64,000 bases of DNA from Rickettsiales bacterium (lineage in GTDB: Bacteria; Pseudomonadota; Alphaproteobacteria; Rickettsiales; RGZB01). The notes beneath the pieces were generated by a model. That model had not been told where the DNA came from. It saw only the letters and a list, made by a program, of their open reading frames with translations, and made no database searches. The stretch spans positions 330,863 through 394,862 of the forward strand of contig JBIKVZ010000001.1 of assembly GCA_044356525.1 (NCBI GenBank), written 5' to 3'. A program made the translations under genes and the position numbers. Shown piece by piece: positions 48,654 to 59,254 of this stretch. The number at the start of each line of letters is the position of its first letter. The stretch's first letter is position 1.

Positions 48654-50489
48654 ATGACCAGTTTCGTTTTTAGCAATCTTCAGGGTGATAGCACCGCTTT
48701 CGATTTTTCCACCGACAGCATCATTTTCAGTTCTGCTGATGGCACCGCCTCTGCGTTTAATCTGGCTGAAGTCACCACTGGCAGCACCACCGCAGTGCAA
48801 GTAACCCGCATTGCCGACGAGCCCGCGATTGGTAGCGGCTCGCTTAACCTTATCGCCACCCTCACCGGTGTGCGTTTGGCGCAGCTTACGGCCAGCAACT
48901 TCCTTTTCTTTGCCTCCAGCGCCATTATCGGCGATAACACCACCAACGCCCCCACCGAAGGTGAGGTGATTGGTACATTCGACGCCGCCGCGCAAAATAT
49001 TACCGGCACCTCGGCAGATGACCTGATTCTAGGCCTTGGTGGTGACGATGAGATTGACGGCAGCGGGGGCGATGACTTTATCAACGGCAATGCAGGCGAT
49101 GATTTGCTCACCGGTGGTGATGGCGATGATACCGTGCGCGGCGGCCAAGGCAATGACACGCTCTCGCTCGGCAGCGGCAGTAACGATGCGAACGGTAACC
49201 GTGGCAACGACGTTGTCACTGGTAGCAGTAGTGCAGATTTACTGCGCGGCGGGCAAGATAACGACACGCTCATAGGCGGTGGTGGCGCAGATACGCTGCG
49301 CGGCAATCTGGGCGATGACAGCCTTTCCTTAAACCCTGGCGTGGGCCAGACTGGTGTGGCAGACGGCAATGATGGCAATGATACCATCACCGCTGCTTCT
49401 GCCGTGGCGGGCGCTACCGTGCTGCTAAATGGCAATGACGGCAACGACAGCATCATCGGCGGGGCCTCCGCAGACTCCTTACGCGGCGGGCAAGGCGCTG
49501 ATATTTTGGTCGGCGGGCTTGGTAACGACACGCTGCTCGGAGACTTTGATAATGACACGCTCCGCGGTGCGGAGGGTGACGATATTTTGCGCGGCGGCTC
49601 CGGTGATGACACAATTATCGGAAACACCGGCAACGATCAGCTTTTTGGCGGCACCGGAAACGACGTTTTCATTGTTGATTACGTGGAAAATGACACAGAA
49701 AATAATTCTGTAACCGGCGGGTCGGGGATCGATACACTCGACCTCAACACATCGCTCGTAGGCACCACCATCCTGAACCTTGCCAACATTACGGGCGTGG
49801 ATGTGTTAGAAATGCCGGATGGCTTTATCACTCTCACCAACACCTTCCTGCAAGGCACTGATTTTGGCGCCGTTACCGTGCGCGTTAATTCTGACTCCAC
49901 CACGGGCAACATCACGCTCAACACCGCTTCCGTCAGCAGTACGTATGCCATTACGGTCGCCGTGAGCAACTCTACTGAAACCATTACTCTTGCGGCAGGC
50001 AACAACAAGGTCCTGCTCGATGGCGGCGTAACGATTACAGGCAATAGCGGGAACGACACCATCATTGGCGATGAAAACGCCGACACCATCACTTCTGGTG
50101 CCGGGCGCGATTCTCTCACGGGTGGTGCAGGCGGAGATACATTCATCATCGGCGCCACAGACTCCAATGCCACCAACGGCATCGACATCATTACTGATTT
50201 CAGTCGCACGGAAGACAGTATCGATGTGCCGTTTGACCCCAGCGCTGGCTTAAATGCTGCGCCCGTGGGCGGTGCGGCAAGTTCCTTTGCTGAGGTAGAA
50301 GCGCTTATCACCGCCGTGCTCAATGACCTTGGTGACTTGCAGATTATCAATATCACTAGCGGTACGTTGTCCGGCCAAAAATTTGCCGTCATTGAGGCAA
50401 ATGACGTAGACGGCTACCAGTCTGGGGCGGATTATCTCATTCAGTTCTCAAACGTATCGGATGCGTTTTTCTCTGCCACGTTAATCTAA
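48654..50489 (+). CDS. RTX (hemolysin-type Ca-binding repeat) protein, paralogue of RTX1
   Basis: 611 aa with GGxGxDxUx repeats, no Cys and no signal peptide. The N-terminal module resembles RTX1 (FxFS...AF...LTGVxLAQL...NFxF...IGDxTxN). C-terminal IITDFSRTEDSIDV module. Confidence 0.9.
   Translation: MTSFVFSNLQGDSTAFDFSTDSIIFSSADGTASAFNLAEVTTGSTTAVQVTRIADEPAIGSGSLNLIATLTGVRLAQLTASNFLFFASSAIIGDNTTNAPTEGEVIGTFDAAAQNITGTSADDLILGLGGDDEIDGSGGDDFINGNAGDDLLTGGDGDDTVRGGQGNDTLSLGSGSNDANGNRGNDVVTGSSSADLLRGGQDNDTLIGGGGADTLRGNLGDDSLSLNPGVGQTGVADGNDGNDTITAASAVAGATVLLNGNDGNDSIIGGASADSLRGGQGADILVGGLGNDTLLGDFDNDTLRGAEGDDILRGGSGDDTIIGNTGNDQLFGGTGNDVFIVDYVENDTENNSVTGGSGIDTLDLNTSLVGTTILNLANITGVDVLEMPDGFITLTNTFLQGTDFGAVTVRVNSDSTTGNITLNTASVSSTYAITVAVSNSTETITLAAGNNKVLLDGGVTITGNSGNDTIIGDENADTITSGAGRDSLTGGAGGDTFIIGATDSNATNGIDIITDFSRTEDSIDVPFDPSAGLNAAPVGGAASSFAEVEALITAVLNDLGDLQIINITSGTLSGQKFAVIEANDVDGYQSGADYLIQFSNVSDAFFSATLI
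49038..49674 (+). repeat. Main RTX nonapeptide repeat block of RTX2, with a second short block near 50040-50150
   Basis: GLGGDDEIDGSGGDDFINGNAGDDLLTGGDGDDTVRGGQGNDTL..., read from the translation. Confidence 0.9.
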
Positions 50490-50510
50490 GGGAGCTTCGC
50501 TATAGCCCGC

Positions 50511-51959
50511 ATGGAAAAGCCTTTATCCATAAGAAAAATCCCCTTGAAGCCAAAGGTTTTTGAACGCTCCCCGCGCCGCGTTTCACTCAAAACTTTGGTA
50601 AAGGGCACTGCCATCATCATGGTAGCGCCGCTTATGCTTTTGGCTATTTATGTGCTCTATGGTGTAATACCCATTCTCTACGCGCTGTATGGTGCTGTCG
50701 GCATCTTCATCATTTCTATTATTTTCGTCTGGCCTTATATCGCCAACCTTTCCGCACTGACTTTCTACGTAGAGCAATTGGCCAATGACAAAAAAGCCGA
50801 TGCGCCTGACCTCACCTTTCTCAACAACGTGGAAGATCTTTCCCGTGCCGTAGAACACCTGCATAAAAGCTGGAACCAGCGCCGTGTTCAGCTTGAAAAC
50901 ATGCTCGCGGAAAGCAAAATCCTGATCGATAGCCTGCCCGACATCCTCATCATGCTAGACCGCGACCTGAATATCATTCGTACCAATAGCACCGCACAGA
51001 TGGCCTTTGGTGGCTCTGTGAAGGAAAATATCACCCAGCTGCTGCACACGCCGGAGTTCCGCAAACATCTCGAGGGCGTCATTGCAGAGCGAAAAGGCCG
51101 CAGCACGGAATATGCCCTTCACGAACCGGAAATGAAGGACTATATGGTTCGCATTGAACCGCTGCCGGTCTATGCCCCCACCGGTATTGCGCTGATTGTT
51201 GCCATGCACGACGTCACCGAACTCAAACGCACAGAGCAAACCTTTGCCGATTTCGTGGCCAATGCCAGCCATGAGATCCGCACACCACTCACCAGTATCA
51301 TTGGCTTTGTGGAAACACTGCAAACCAGCGCAAAGGGTGATGAAAAAGCCCAAGAAGAGTTTCTATCGTTGATGGCGCTTCAGGCACAAAAAATGGCCAC
51401 GCTGGTAACAGATTTGCTAAGCCTTTCAAAAATTGAGCGGCGGCTCCGTACGGTTCCGGCAAGCCCCTTAAAAGTCGGCCCTCTTCTTCAGGGCTGTGTA
51501 CGGGATGCCGAAGCGGCCGCCAAAAAACGCGGCATCAGCATCGTGCTCAATCTTCCCAAAAACCTCCCTTCGGTTCTGGGGGATGCAGAAGAATTAACCC
51601 TTGTTTTCAACAACTTGGTTGGCAACGCCATCAAGTATGGTTTTGAGGGATCGTCTGTCACCATCAGTGCGCGTGAAGGTGAATTCATTCTGCCACACGA
51701 CACGCTGATACGTACTAAAAAACCCTGCCTTGCGATTTCCGTCACCGATACGGGCGCTGGCATTCCACGTGAACACCTGCCGCGCCTCACCGAGCGTTTT
51801 TACCGTGTGGACTCCGCCCGCAAGAAAGACATTGCCGGCACCGGCCTTGGGCTTTCCATCGTAAAACAGGTGCTTGAGCGCCATCGCGGCGTGCTAAACA
51901 TTGAAAGCCATGTCGGCAAGGGCAGCACCTTCACGGCCCTTCTTCCCCTACCACAATAA
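50511..51959 (+). CDS. phoR: Phosphate-regulon sensor histidine kinase
   Basis: Two N-terminal TM helices and a PAS-like region. H-box SHEIRTPLTSI, N-box NLVGNAIKY, G-boxes DTGAGIP and GTGLGLSIV. Located in a pst/phoB context. Confidence 0.88.
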   Translation: MEKPLSIRKIPLKPKVFERSPRRVSLKTLVKGTAIIMVAPLMLLAIYVLYGVIPILYALYGAVGIFIISIIFVWPYIANLSALTFYVEQLANDKKADAPDLTFLNNVEDLSRAVEHLHKSWNQRRVQLENMLAESKILIDSLPDILIMLDRDLNIIRTNSTAQMAFGGSVKENITQLLHTPEFRKHLEGVIAERKGRSTEYALHEPEMKDYMVRIEPLPVYAPTGIALIVAMHDVTELKRTEQTFADFVANASHEIRTPLTSIIGFVETLQTSAKGDEKAQEEFLSLMALQAQKMATLVTDLLSLSKIERRLRTVPASPLKVGPLLQGCVRDAEAAAKKRGISIVLNLPKNLPSVLGDAEELTLVFNNLVGNAIKYGFEGSSVTISAREGEFILPHDTLIRTKKPCLAISVTDTGAGIPREHLPRLTERFYRVDSARKKDIAGTGLGLSIVKQVLERHRGVLNIESHVGKGSTFTALLPLPQ

Positions 51960-52046
51960 TCACGCACCCCAAGCGCTTGCTTTTTACCCAAACTTGCCTA
52001 TTCTCAGGGCTCTCTGCAATGGCCGTAGAATTATAGAAATCTTTTT

Positions 52047-53261
52047 ATGCACTCACTGCTGCTTTTGTTACTGATCTTGCTCATAGGTGCGGGTGGCTTT
52101 GTTTTCGGAAAAAGGCGCGTTCTTGCGCTGCTATCAGAGAAAAATGCCCCGCGCGCTGCAGCGCTGCCATCGTACTACGGCTGGTGTGCTTTGCTGTGGA
52201 CAACCGTTCCCGCTCTTTTGCTCATACAATTCTACTTTGCCGTCGCGCACCCTGAGGCGCCCAAAGCCATTGCCTATGCGCTAGCCGCGTGCCTCGCACT
52301 CTTGGGCTTGGGGTTTTCGCTCAAGAAGCTGAATCTTGCCTTCCGTGCGCGCGACCATGTGGAGAAGTGGGTGATGTTGCTGATGCGCACAGCCACGTTC
52401 TTTGCGGTTTCCATCACCTTATTCATCGTGCTTTCGGTGGTGTTTGAATCCGTCCGATTCTTTGAAAAAGTATCGATCTTTAGTTTCCTGTTCGGTTTAG
52501 AATGGAGCCCCCAAATGGCTCTCCGCGCCGATCAGGCCGGCTCCTCCGGTTCTTTTGGCGCAGTGCCCGTATTCCTCGGCACCATCATGATTACTTTCAT
52601 CGCCATGCTCGTAGCCGCCCCTGTGGGCCTCATGTCCGCCATTTACCTGTCGGAATATGCCAGCAAGCGCGCGCGCACCATCATCAAGCCCTTTCTTGAA
52701 ATTCTGGCAGGCATCCCCACTGTGGTGTATGGCTATTTCGCCGCCATTGTGTTCGCCCCTGCCCTGCGCGATTTCGGCGCTTCTATCGGCCTCAACATCG
52801 CCTCAGAAAGCGCCCTTGCCGCTGGCGTGGTGATGGGCATCATGATTATTCCGTTTATCCTGTCGCTATCTGATGATGTGATGAATGCCGTACCCACCGC
52901 GCTCAAAGACGCCTCGCTTGGCCTTGGTGCCACGCGCTCCGAAACTGTGGTAAAGGTCGTGGTGCCTGCCGCGCTACCGGGCATTGTCGGCGCACTGCTG
53001 CTTGCCATTTCACGCGGCATCGGCGAAACCATGATTGTGGTAATGGCCGCAGGCTTAGTGGCCAACCTCACCATCAACCCTTTCGATTCTGTCACCACCG
53101 TCACCGCGCAAATCGTAACGCTGCTGGTGGGCGACCAAGAGTTTGACAGTGCCAAAACATTGGCCGCGTTCGCACTTGGCTTCACATTGTTCCTCATCAC
53201 GCTGGTTTTAAACGTGGCCGCACTCCTTATCGTGCGTAAGTACAGGGAGCGTTATGAGTAA
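52047..53261 (+). CDS. pstC: Phosphate ABC transporter permease PstC (long form)
   Basis: 404-aa polytopic ORF with MetI-like core and EAA-type loop region (SRGIGETMIVVMAAG). Operon position is before pstA/pstB. Confidence 0.9.
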   Translation: MHSLLLLLLILLIGAGGFVFGKRRVLALLSEKNAPRAAALPSYYGWCALLWTTVPALLLIQFYFAVAHPEAPKAIAYALAACLALLGLGFSLKKLNLAFRARDHVEKWVMLLMRTATFFAVSITLFIVLSVVFESVRFFEKVSIFSFLFGLEWSPQMALRADQAGSSGSFGAVPVFLGTIMITFIAMLVAAPVGLMSAIYLSEYASKRARTIIKPFLEILAGIPTVVYGYFAAIVFAPALRDFGASIGLNIASESALAAGVVMGIMIIPFILSLSDDVMNAVPTALKDASLGLGATRSETVVKVVVPAALPGIVGALLLAISRGIGETMIVVMAAGLVANLTINPFDSVTTVTAQIVTLLVGDQEFDSAKTLAAFALGFTLFLITLVLNVAALLIVRKYRERYE

Positions 53262-54555
53262 ACACCGCACCATATCGCTCACACCCACGGGCCAAGAGCG
53301 CAAGCGCCTCGCCAAGCGTTATCGGAAAGAGCGTCAGTTCCGCGCCTTTGGTATAAGTGCCATTGCGATTGCCTTTGCGTTCCTCAGTGTCCTGCTCACC
53401 GCTATTGTGGCGCGCGGCAGCGGCGCCTTTGTGGAAACCAGCATCCGTTTGCCGATTACATTTTCCGAGCAAACACTCGGGCTCACCGCGCCCGCCACAC
53501 CTGAGGCGCTCAGGATGGCAGATTTTGATAGCGCGGTGAAAGAGGCCCTCAAGCTCCGCTTACCTGAAGCGGGAGATGACCGTCTGCTGCGCAACCAGCT
53601 TTACGGGCTCGTCAGTAAAAATGCGGGCTTCGTCGCAGGTCAGGCCCTGCAGAAAAACCCCGCGCTCTTAAACACCACAGCTGAGCTATGGCTTCCCGCC
53701 TCCACCGACATCGACTTGCTCGCCAAAGGCAAGGTTGATACGAGCTTGCCGCCTGAGATGCGCCGCGTGTCTGACACGCAGCTCGGCTGGTATAGCCAAC
53801 TCAAAAATGAAAAGCGCATTAAGAGGCGCTTCAACACCACTTTCTTCTCAGAGGGTGATTCCCGCGAGCCAGAACAGGCAGGCATCCTCGGTGCAATGCT
53901 CGGCTCTATCTTCACCATCGCCGTGTGTATGGCGCTGGCCTTGCCAGTGGGCGTGATTACTGCGGTGTACTTAGAAGAGTTTGCGCCGGAAAATAAATTC
54001 ACCGACATCATCGAGGTTAACATTAACAACCTCGCGGCGGTGCCGTCTATCGTGTTCGGTCTGCTCGGGCTTGCCGTATACTTGCACTTCTTCGGCCTGC
54101 CACGTTCTAGCAGCTTGGTGGGTGGCCTAACCCTTGCGCTGATGATTCTACCCACGCTGATTATCGCCACGCGCAGCAGCCTTAAAAGTGTACCGCCCTC
54201 CATCCGTCAGGCCGCCATGGGTGTGGGTGCGTCGCCTATTCAGGTGATTTTACACCATGTACTGCCTCTGGCCATGCCAGGCATCATGACGGGCACGATT
54301 TTGGGCATCGCCCGCGCGCTAGGTGAAACCGCGCCGCTGCTGATGATTGGCATGGTGGCTTTTGTGGCCGATATCCCATCCAGCGCCTCGTCGCCCGCCA
54401 CGGTGATGCCGGTGCAGATCTTCCTTTGGTCTGACAGCCCCGAAGCGGGCTTCCAGGAAAAAACCGCGGCGGCCATCGTGGTGCTACTGGTGATTCTGAT
54501 TGTAGCCAATGCCAGTGCGGCATGGCTGCGTAAAAAATATGAGCGTAAATGGTAG
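53254..54555 (+). CDS. pstA: Phosphate ABC transporter permease PstA (long form)
   Basis: 433-aa ORF with a long periplasmic loop after TM1 and an [17 protein letters not shown] region. It overlaps pstC by 8 nt. Confidence 0.9.
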   Translation: MSKHRTISLTPTGQERKRLAKRYRKERQFRAFGISAIAIAFAFLSVLLTAIVARGSGAFVETSIRLPITFSEQTLGLTAPATPEALRMADFDSAVKEALKLRLPEAGDDRLLRNQLYGLVSKNAGFVAGQALQKNPALLNTTAELWLPASTDIDLLAKGKVDTSLPPEMRRVSDTQLGWYSQLKNEKRIKRRFNTTFFSEGDSREPEQAGILGAMLGSIFTIAVCMALALPVGVITAVYLEEFAPENKFTDIIEVNINNLAAVPSIVFGLLGLAVYLHFFGLPRSSSLVGGLTLALMILPTLIIATRSSLKSVPPSIRQAAMGVGASPIQVILHHVLPLAMPGIMTGTILGIARALGETAPLLMIGMVAFVADIPSSASSPATVMPVQIFLWSDSPEAGFQEKTAAAIVVLLVILIVANASAAWLRKKYERKW

Positions 54556-55349
54556 GAACAATGACAAAAGAAAAAAAACAGCCAAAAGAAAATCACCTGC
54601 GCCTTGCGGCCCAGCACGTCAATGTGTTTTATGGCGAAAAACAGGCGCTGTTTGATGTGAACTTAGATATTCTTGCCAATAGCGTTACGGCGCTCATTGG
54701 CCCTTCGGGCTGCGGTAAATCCACCTTCCTGCGCTGCTTAAACCGCATGAACGATACTATTCCGGGTTGCCGGGTGGATGGTAAGATTCTGCTCGACGGA
54801 CAGGATATTTATGAAAAAAGCGTCGACGTGGTGTACCTCCGTCAAAAAGTGGGCATGGTGTTCCAAAAACCAAATCCATTCCCAAAATCCATTGCTGAGA
54901 ACGTGCTCTACGGCCCCAAAATCCACGGCCTCGTGAAGAAAAAAAGCGACATGGATGAAGTGGTAGAAAAAAGCCTCAGCCGCGCAGGGCTGTGGAAAGA
55001 AGTAAAAGACCGCCTGAACGAACCGGGCACGTCACTTTCTGGCGGTCAGCAGCAGCGCCTGTGCATTGCACGCGCCATTGCAGTAGAGCCAGAAGTGTTG
55101 CTGATGGACGAACCCTGCAGCGCGCTCGACCCTATCGCCACAGCCATCATCGAAGAGCTGATGGGTGAGCTGAAACGTAACTTCACCATCATCATCGTCA
55201 CCCACTCCATGCAGCAGGCGGCGCGTGTGTCTGATCGCACAGGCTTCTTCCACCTTGGCAAACTGGTGGAAGTGGGCAGCACGGAAGACATCTTCACCCG
55301 CCCCAAACTCAAAGCCACGCAAGACTACATCACCGGTCGCTTTGGCTGA
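54549..55349 (+). CDS. pstB: Phosphate ABC transporter ATP-binding protein
   Basis: Walker [36 protein letters not shown]. The start is either ATG 54549 or ATG 54561. Confidence 0.95.
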   Translation: MVGTMTKEKKQPKENHLRLAAQHVNVFYGEKQALFDVNLDILANSVTALIGPSGCGKSTFLRCLNRMNDTIPGCRVDGKILLDGQDIYEKSVDVVYLRQKVGMVFQKPNPFPKSIAENVLYGPKIHGLVKKKSDMDEVVEKSLSRAGLWKEVKDRLNEPGTSLSGGQQQRLCIARAIAVEPEVLLMDEPCSALDPIATAIIEELMGELKRNFTIIIVTHSMQQAARVSDRTGFFHLGKLVEVGSTEDIFTRPKLKATQDYITGRFG

Positions 55350-55431
55350 TTTATCGCCCTTCTCAGCTTTTGCTTTTTTAGGCCGCAAATCCCTGTTATA
55401 ATCAGCGCTCGTTGAATTGTATGGAGCGTGA

Positions 55432-56136
55432 ATGAGTAAAGCCCCGGTGCCTTATGTTCTTGTGGTGGAAGACGACCCCGCCATTGCCACGCTGGTGCGC
55501 TATAATCTCGAAAAAGAGGGCTTCAAAGTAACCCTCTGCGGCGATGGACAAGAAGCCGCCGAGCTTTTAAAAGAAGAACACCCCGACCTGATTTTATTGG
55601 ACTGGATGCTGCCGGGTTTAACCGGTGTGGATTTATGCCGCAAGATTCGCGCCAGCGATAAATTGCGCGGCGTGCCTATTATTTTGCTCACCGCGCGCGG
55701 CGAAGAATCTGACCGCGTGGAAGGGCTCGACAGTGGTGCAGATGATTACATCACCAAACCCTTTTCGCCCAAAGAACTCGCGGCACGCATCCGTGCGGTG
55801 CTGCGGCGCATCCGCCCGGTGTTCTCCAGTGAGCGCTTGGAATATGCTGGCATCGTGATGGACATGGGCAGCCACAAAATCAACTTCAACGGCAAAGACA
55901 TCATCATGGGTCCCACCGAATTCCGCCTGCTCGCCCACTTCATGGAAAGCCCAGGTCGCACCTTCTCGCGTGAGAGCTTACTCAACACCGTGTGGGGACA
56001 AGATATTTACGTGGAGCTGCGCACGGTGGATGTGCATATCCGCCGCCTGCGCAAAGCCTTGGAAGAATGCGACCCCACCCTCGCAGAGCTGATTAAAACC
56101 GTGCGTTCTGCCGGTTACATGCTGGAAAAAAACTAA
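55432..56136 (+). CDS. phoB: Phosphate-regulon response regulator (OmpR family)
   Basis: Receiver domain (VLVVEDD, DLILLDWMLPG, ILLTARG) plus a winged-helix domain (LRTVDVHIRRLRKAL). Confidence 0.92.
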   Translation: MSKAPVPYVLVVEDDPAIATLVRYNLEKEGFKVTLCGDGQEAAELLKEEHPDLILLDWMLPGLTGVDLCRKIRASDKLRGVPIILLTARGEESDRVEGLDSGADDYITKPFSPKELAARIRAVLRRIRPVFSSERLEYAGIVMDMGSHKINFNGKDIIMGPTEFRLLAHFMESPGRTFSRESLLNTVWGQDIYVELRTVDVHIRRLRKALEECDPTLAELIKTVRSAGYMLEKN

Positions 56137-57434
56137 CGTTTCTTTTTTGCCGCAGGTTTTTTCGCGCGCGATTTTTTACCACTCATACCCAGTGTTTTAG
56201 CCAGCCATACCAGTAGCACAATGCCGGGCACAGCGGCCACCGTGCTAAACACAAAGAATAGCGCCCAACCCAGCGCCTCCACCACAAAACCTGAGGTGGA
56301 TGAAAGCAGCGTGCGCCCTGTTGCCGCCAGCGACGAAAGCAGCGCATATTGCGTGGCCGTATATTGCACGTTGCACAGGCTGCTGAGGTAGGCCACAAAC
56401 GCGGCGCTGCCCATGCCGCTGGCTAAGTTTTCCACACTAATCGTCACGCCCAGCAGCGGCACGCTGTAGCCCACTTTGGCTTGCAGTACGAACATCAGGT
56501 TTGAAGCCATTTGCAAAATGGCGCAGAAAAACAGCGCGCGCATCATACCCATGCGCGCCACCAGCACACCGCCCAAAAACACGCCCAACAATGTGGCTAC
56601 CAGCCCATAGGTTTTCACGATGGCGGCAATTTCGGTTTTTGAAAATCCGATGTCAATCAGGAAGGGTCCTGTCATCATGCCGGCCAGCGCATCGCCGAAT
56701 TTAAACAGGACGACAAATAGCAGAATCATGAGCCAGCCCTGATGCTGCATGAAGTTCGCGAACGGCGATACCACGGCTTCTTTCGCCCATGTGATAAACC
56801 CGCTATACTCGGTTTTCTTCACCGCGCGCTTTGGCTCACCGGCCCACAGTACCGTGAACACACCCACCAGCATCAACACGGTCATCACGAGGTAGGCAAA
56901 AAACCATCCGTATAATTCTGCCATCACCAATGCGCCAGCGCCTGCCACCAGCATGCCGATACGGTAGCCGAATTGCACAGCTGCCGCGCCGTGCCCCTGC
57001 TCTTCGGGCGCTAAATATTCCACACGGTAGGCATCAATTACAATGTCCTGGCTCGCCGAGCAAATAGCAACCACCAGCGCCCAAATCGCGGTGATTCCGG
57101 CATGCTCTGTGGGGTTTGAAAGGCCGAGGCCCAGCAGACTTACCATCAGCGCCATTTGCGTAAGAACAATCCATGCGCGGCGGCGGCCCAGCAGGCGGCT
57201 TAACACCGGCACTGGCACGTGATCCATCAGCGGTGACCATAAAAATTTCAATGTGTACGGCACGCCAATCGCGGCAAATAAACCAATTGCAGCCTTGCTC
57301 ACGCCGCTTTCCGCCAACCACACAGTAAGGGTGGAGGCGGTCAGCGCCAACGGCAAGCCACTGGCAAAACCCAGCAAGGCAATCACCAAAATTTTACGGG
57401 TAAGGTACAGCTTGAACGCGGCAGCGGCGCGCAT
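56133..57434 (-). CDS. ampG: MFS transporter, AmpG (muropeptide permease) family
   Basis: 433-aa 12+ TM ORF with an AmpG-type N-terminus (LLGFASGLPLALTASTLTVWLAESGVSKAAIGLF...LKFLWSPLMD). Confidence 0.85.
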   Translation of the reverse strand: MRAAAAFKLYLTRKILVIALLGFASGLPLALTASTLTVWLAESGVSKAAIGLFAAIGVPYTLKFLWSPLMDHVPVPVLSRLLGRRRAWIVLTQMALMVSLLGLGLSNPTEHAGITAIWALVVAICSASQDIVIDAYRVEYLAPEEQGHGAAAVQFGYRIGMLVAGAGALVMAELYGWFFAYLVMTVLMLVGVFTVLWAGEPKRAVKKTEYSGFITWAKEAVVSPFANFMQHQGWLMILLFVVLFKFGDALAGMMTGPFLIDIGFSKTEIAAIVKTYGLVATLLGVFLGGVLVARMGMMRALFFCAILQMASNLMFVLQAKVGYSVPLLGVTISVENLASGMGSAAFVAYLSSLCNVQYTATQYALLSSLAATGRTLLSSTSGFVVEALGWALFFVFSTVAAVPGIVLLVWLAKTLGMSGKKSRAKKPAAKKKR

Positions 57435-57436
57435 GG

Positions 57437-58456
57437 TTATAGGTTTTCCAGCAGGGTGGAAAGTTTGGTCAGCGTGCGGCCACCAAGATACTTCACAACC
57501 TCAGCGGCACTCAAAGCGCCAAGCCTTCCGGCCTTGTCGAGATCCATGCCTGTTACGATGCCGTAGAGCACGCCCGCAGCATATAAATCGCCCGCGCCAG
57601 TCACGTCATACACTTCATCTACCCGCTCGGCCTCAATCGAGTGCACATAGCCGCCGCGTGTAATAATGTAAGAGCCTTTTTCGCTGCGCGTCAGCGCCAC
57701 CACATCGCATTTACCGGTAAACCAGAAAAGCTGTTTGCGCGTGTCTTTTTCGCCGCTTAACGCCGCCGCTTCTTTTTCGTTTGCGAACAGAATATCGATA
57801 TGGCCTTCGTCGAGCAGCGCTAAGAATTCATCTTTATGGCGCTGCACGCAGAATGCATCAGACAGCGAGAAGGCCACTTTGTGGTCATGCGCGTGTGCAA
57901 TTTTAATGGCTTCGCGCACGGCTTCTTTCGCCTTGGCTTCGTCCCACAGGTACCCTTCGATATAGGTGATTTTGCTGTTCTTGATAATTTCAGGGTCGAT
58001 ATCTTCTTTCGTAATTTGTGTGCTGGCACCTAAGTAGGTCGCCATGGTGCGCTCGGCATTTTTGCCTTTGATTTTGCTTGTACCCTCATGCGTCACAAAC
58101 ACCAAACATTGCGCCGTGGGTTTGCCGGAGGTTGCGGGTGGGGTGCTGTAATGCACACCAAGGCTTTTCATGTCGTGGCGGAAAATATCGCCCATCTGAT
58201 CCTTCTTCACGCGGCCGATAAACGCTGCGCTGGCACCGAGTGATGCAAGACCCGTGATGGTGTTTGCCGCCGAGCCGCCAGAGCATTCTGTGGCCGTGCC
58301 CATTTTTTTATAAAGCTGTTGGGCTTTTTTCTCATCCACCAGCGTCATTGAGCCTTTATGCAGGCCGTGTGTATTCAAAAATTCATCGGTCGTATAGGCC
58401 AGAATATCCACAATCGCATTGCCGATACCCACTACATCGAACTCTTTTTTTGTCAT
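57437..58456 (-). CDS. PfkB-family kinase, adenosine kinase-like
   Basis: GIGNAIVD N-terminus, GGSAANT, and C-terminal DVTGAGDLYAAG motif. The stop lies 2 nt from the ampG start. Confidence 0.85.
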   Translation of the reverse strand: MTKKEFDVVGIGNAIVDILAYTTDEFLNTHGLHKGSMTLVDEKKAQQLYKKMGTATECSGGSAANTITGLASLGASAAFIGRVKKDQMGDIFRHDMKSLGVHYSTPPATSGKPTAQCLVFVTHEGTSKIKGKNAERTMATYLGASTQITKEDIDPEIIKNSKITYIEGYLWDEAKAKEAVREAIKIAHAHDHKVAFSLSDAFCVQRHKDEFLALLDEGHIDILFANEKEAAALSGEKDTRKQLFWFTGKCDVVALTRSEKGSYIITRGGYVHSIEAERVDEVYDVTGAGDLYAAGVLYGIVTGMDLDKAGRLGALSAAEVVKYLGGRTLTKLSTLLENL

Positions 58457-58626
58457 ATTCCCTGCTCTTTATTTGCAAAACCGCTTTACGGCGGCACACA
58501 TGCTGTTACGCCCCAAGGTAGAAAATTTACCCTTCCCCCGCAATCACTTATTGATAAATTGCCCGCCCGCGTCTATACATACCGTGTTTTTTACTTTGAC
58601 CATGTTTCTTTATCACGGGTGCGCAT

Positions 58627-59184
58627 ATGAGCAATAATGGTTTAGAATTCAACAAAATCGCTGCTGGCGTATTAATCGCCGGCCTTGTTGCCATGGTGGC
58701 AGGGAAAGTGGCCGATGGTCTTTACCACCCGAAGCCGGCTGAAAAGCGTGGCTTTGAAGTCGCAGCTTTGGAAGAATCCGCCGGCGCAGGGGCTACCGCA
58801 AAAGAACCCGTGAAGCTCGGCGCGCTGCTTGCGGCTGCAAATGCAGAAAATGGAAAAGTCATCGCGAAGAAATGCGCCACCTGCCACAGCTTTGAAAATG
58901 GCGGTGCCAACATGGTGGGCCCAAACCTGTGGGCGGTGGTGGGCGCAGCAAAAGGCGCGCATAGCGGCTTTGATTACTCTCCGGCCCTTAAAGAAAAAGG
59001 CGGCAATTGGGATTATGAGGCGCTGTATCATTTCGTCTACAGCCCGAAAGGTTACGTAAAAGGCACAAAAATGGCCTTCGCAGGCCTCCGCAAGCCGGAA
59101 GAAATCGCCGACCTTATCGCCTTCATGCGCTCTATGGGCGGTGGCTCCCCGCTGCCACCGGCTGACTTTGAAGTCGCGCCGTAA
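58627..59184 (+). CDS. Membrane-anchored c-type cytochrome (CycM-like)
   Basis: N-terminal TM helix, heme-binding CATCHSF, and distal Met region GTKMAFAGL. Confidence 0.88.
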   Translation: MSNNGLEFNKIAAGVLIAGLVAMVAGKVADGLYHPKPAEKRGFEVAALEESAGAGATAKEPVKLGALLAAANAENGKVIAKKCATCHSFENGGANMVGPNLWAVVGAAKGAHSGFDYSPALKEKGGNWDYEALYHFVYSPKGYVKGTKMAFAGLRKPEEIADLIAFMRSMGGGSPLPPADFEVAP

Positions 59185-59254
59185 TTTCCTGCTTTAAGAG
59201 TGCTGGAAACCCTGCTAGCATGCCTCAGATTTTAAATTCTGTAGGTGGTCGCCA

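Noticed and set aside
55345-55401. Possible weak terminator (GCTGA-n12-TCAGC plus a T-rich run) after pstB, and a TATAAT hexamer upstream of phoB
   Set aside because: The stem is only 5 bp with a large loop. The TATAAT has no acceptable -35 element at 17 bp. Neither is strong enough to report as a feature.
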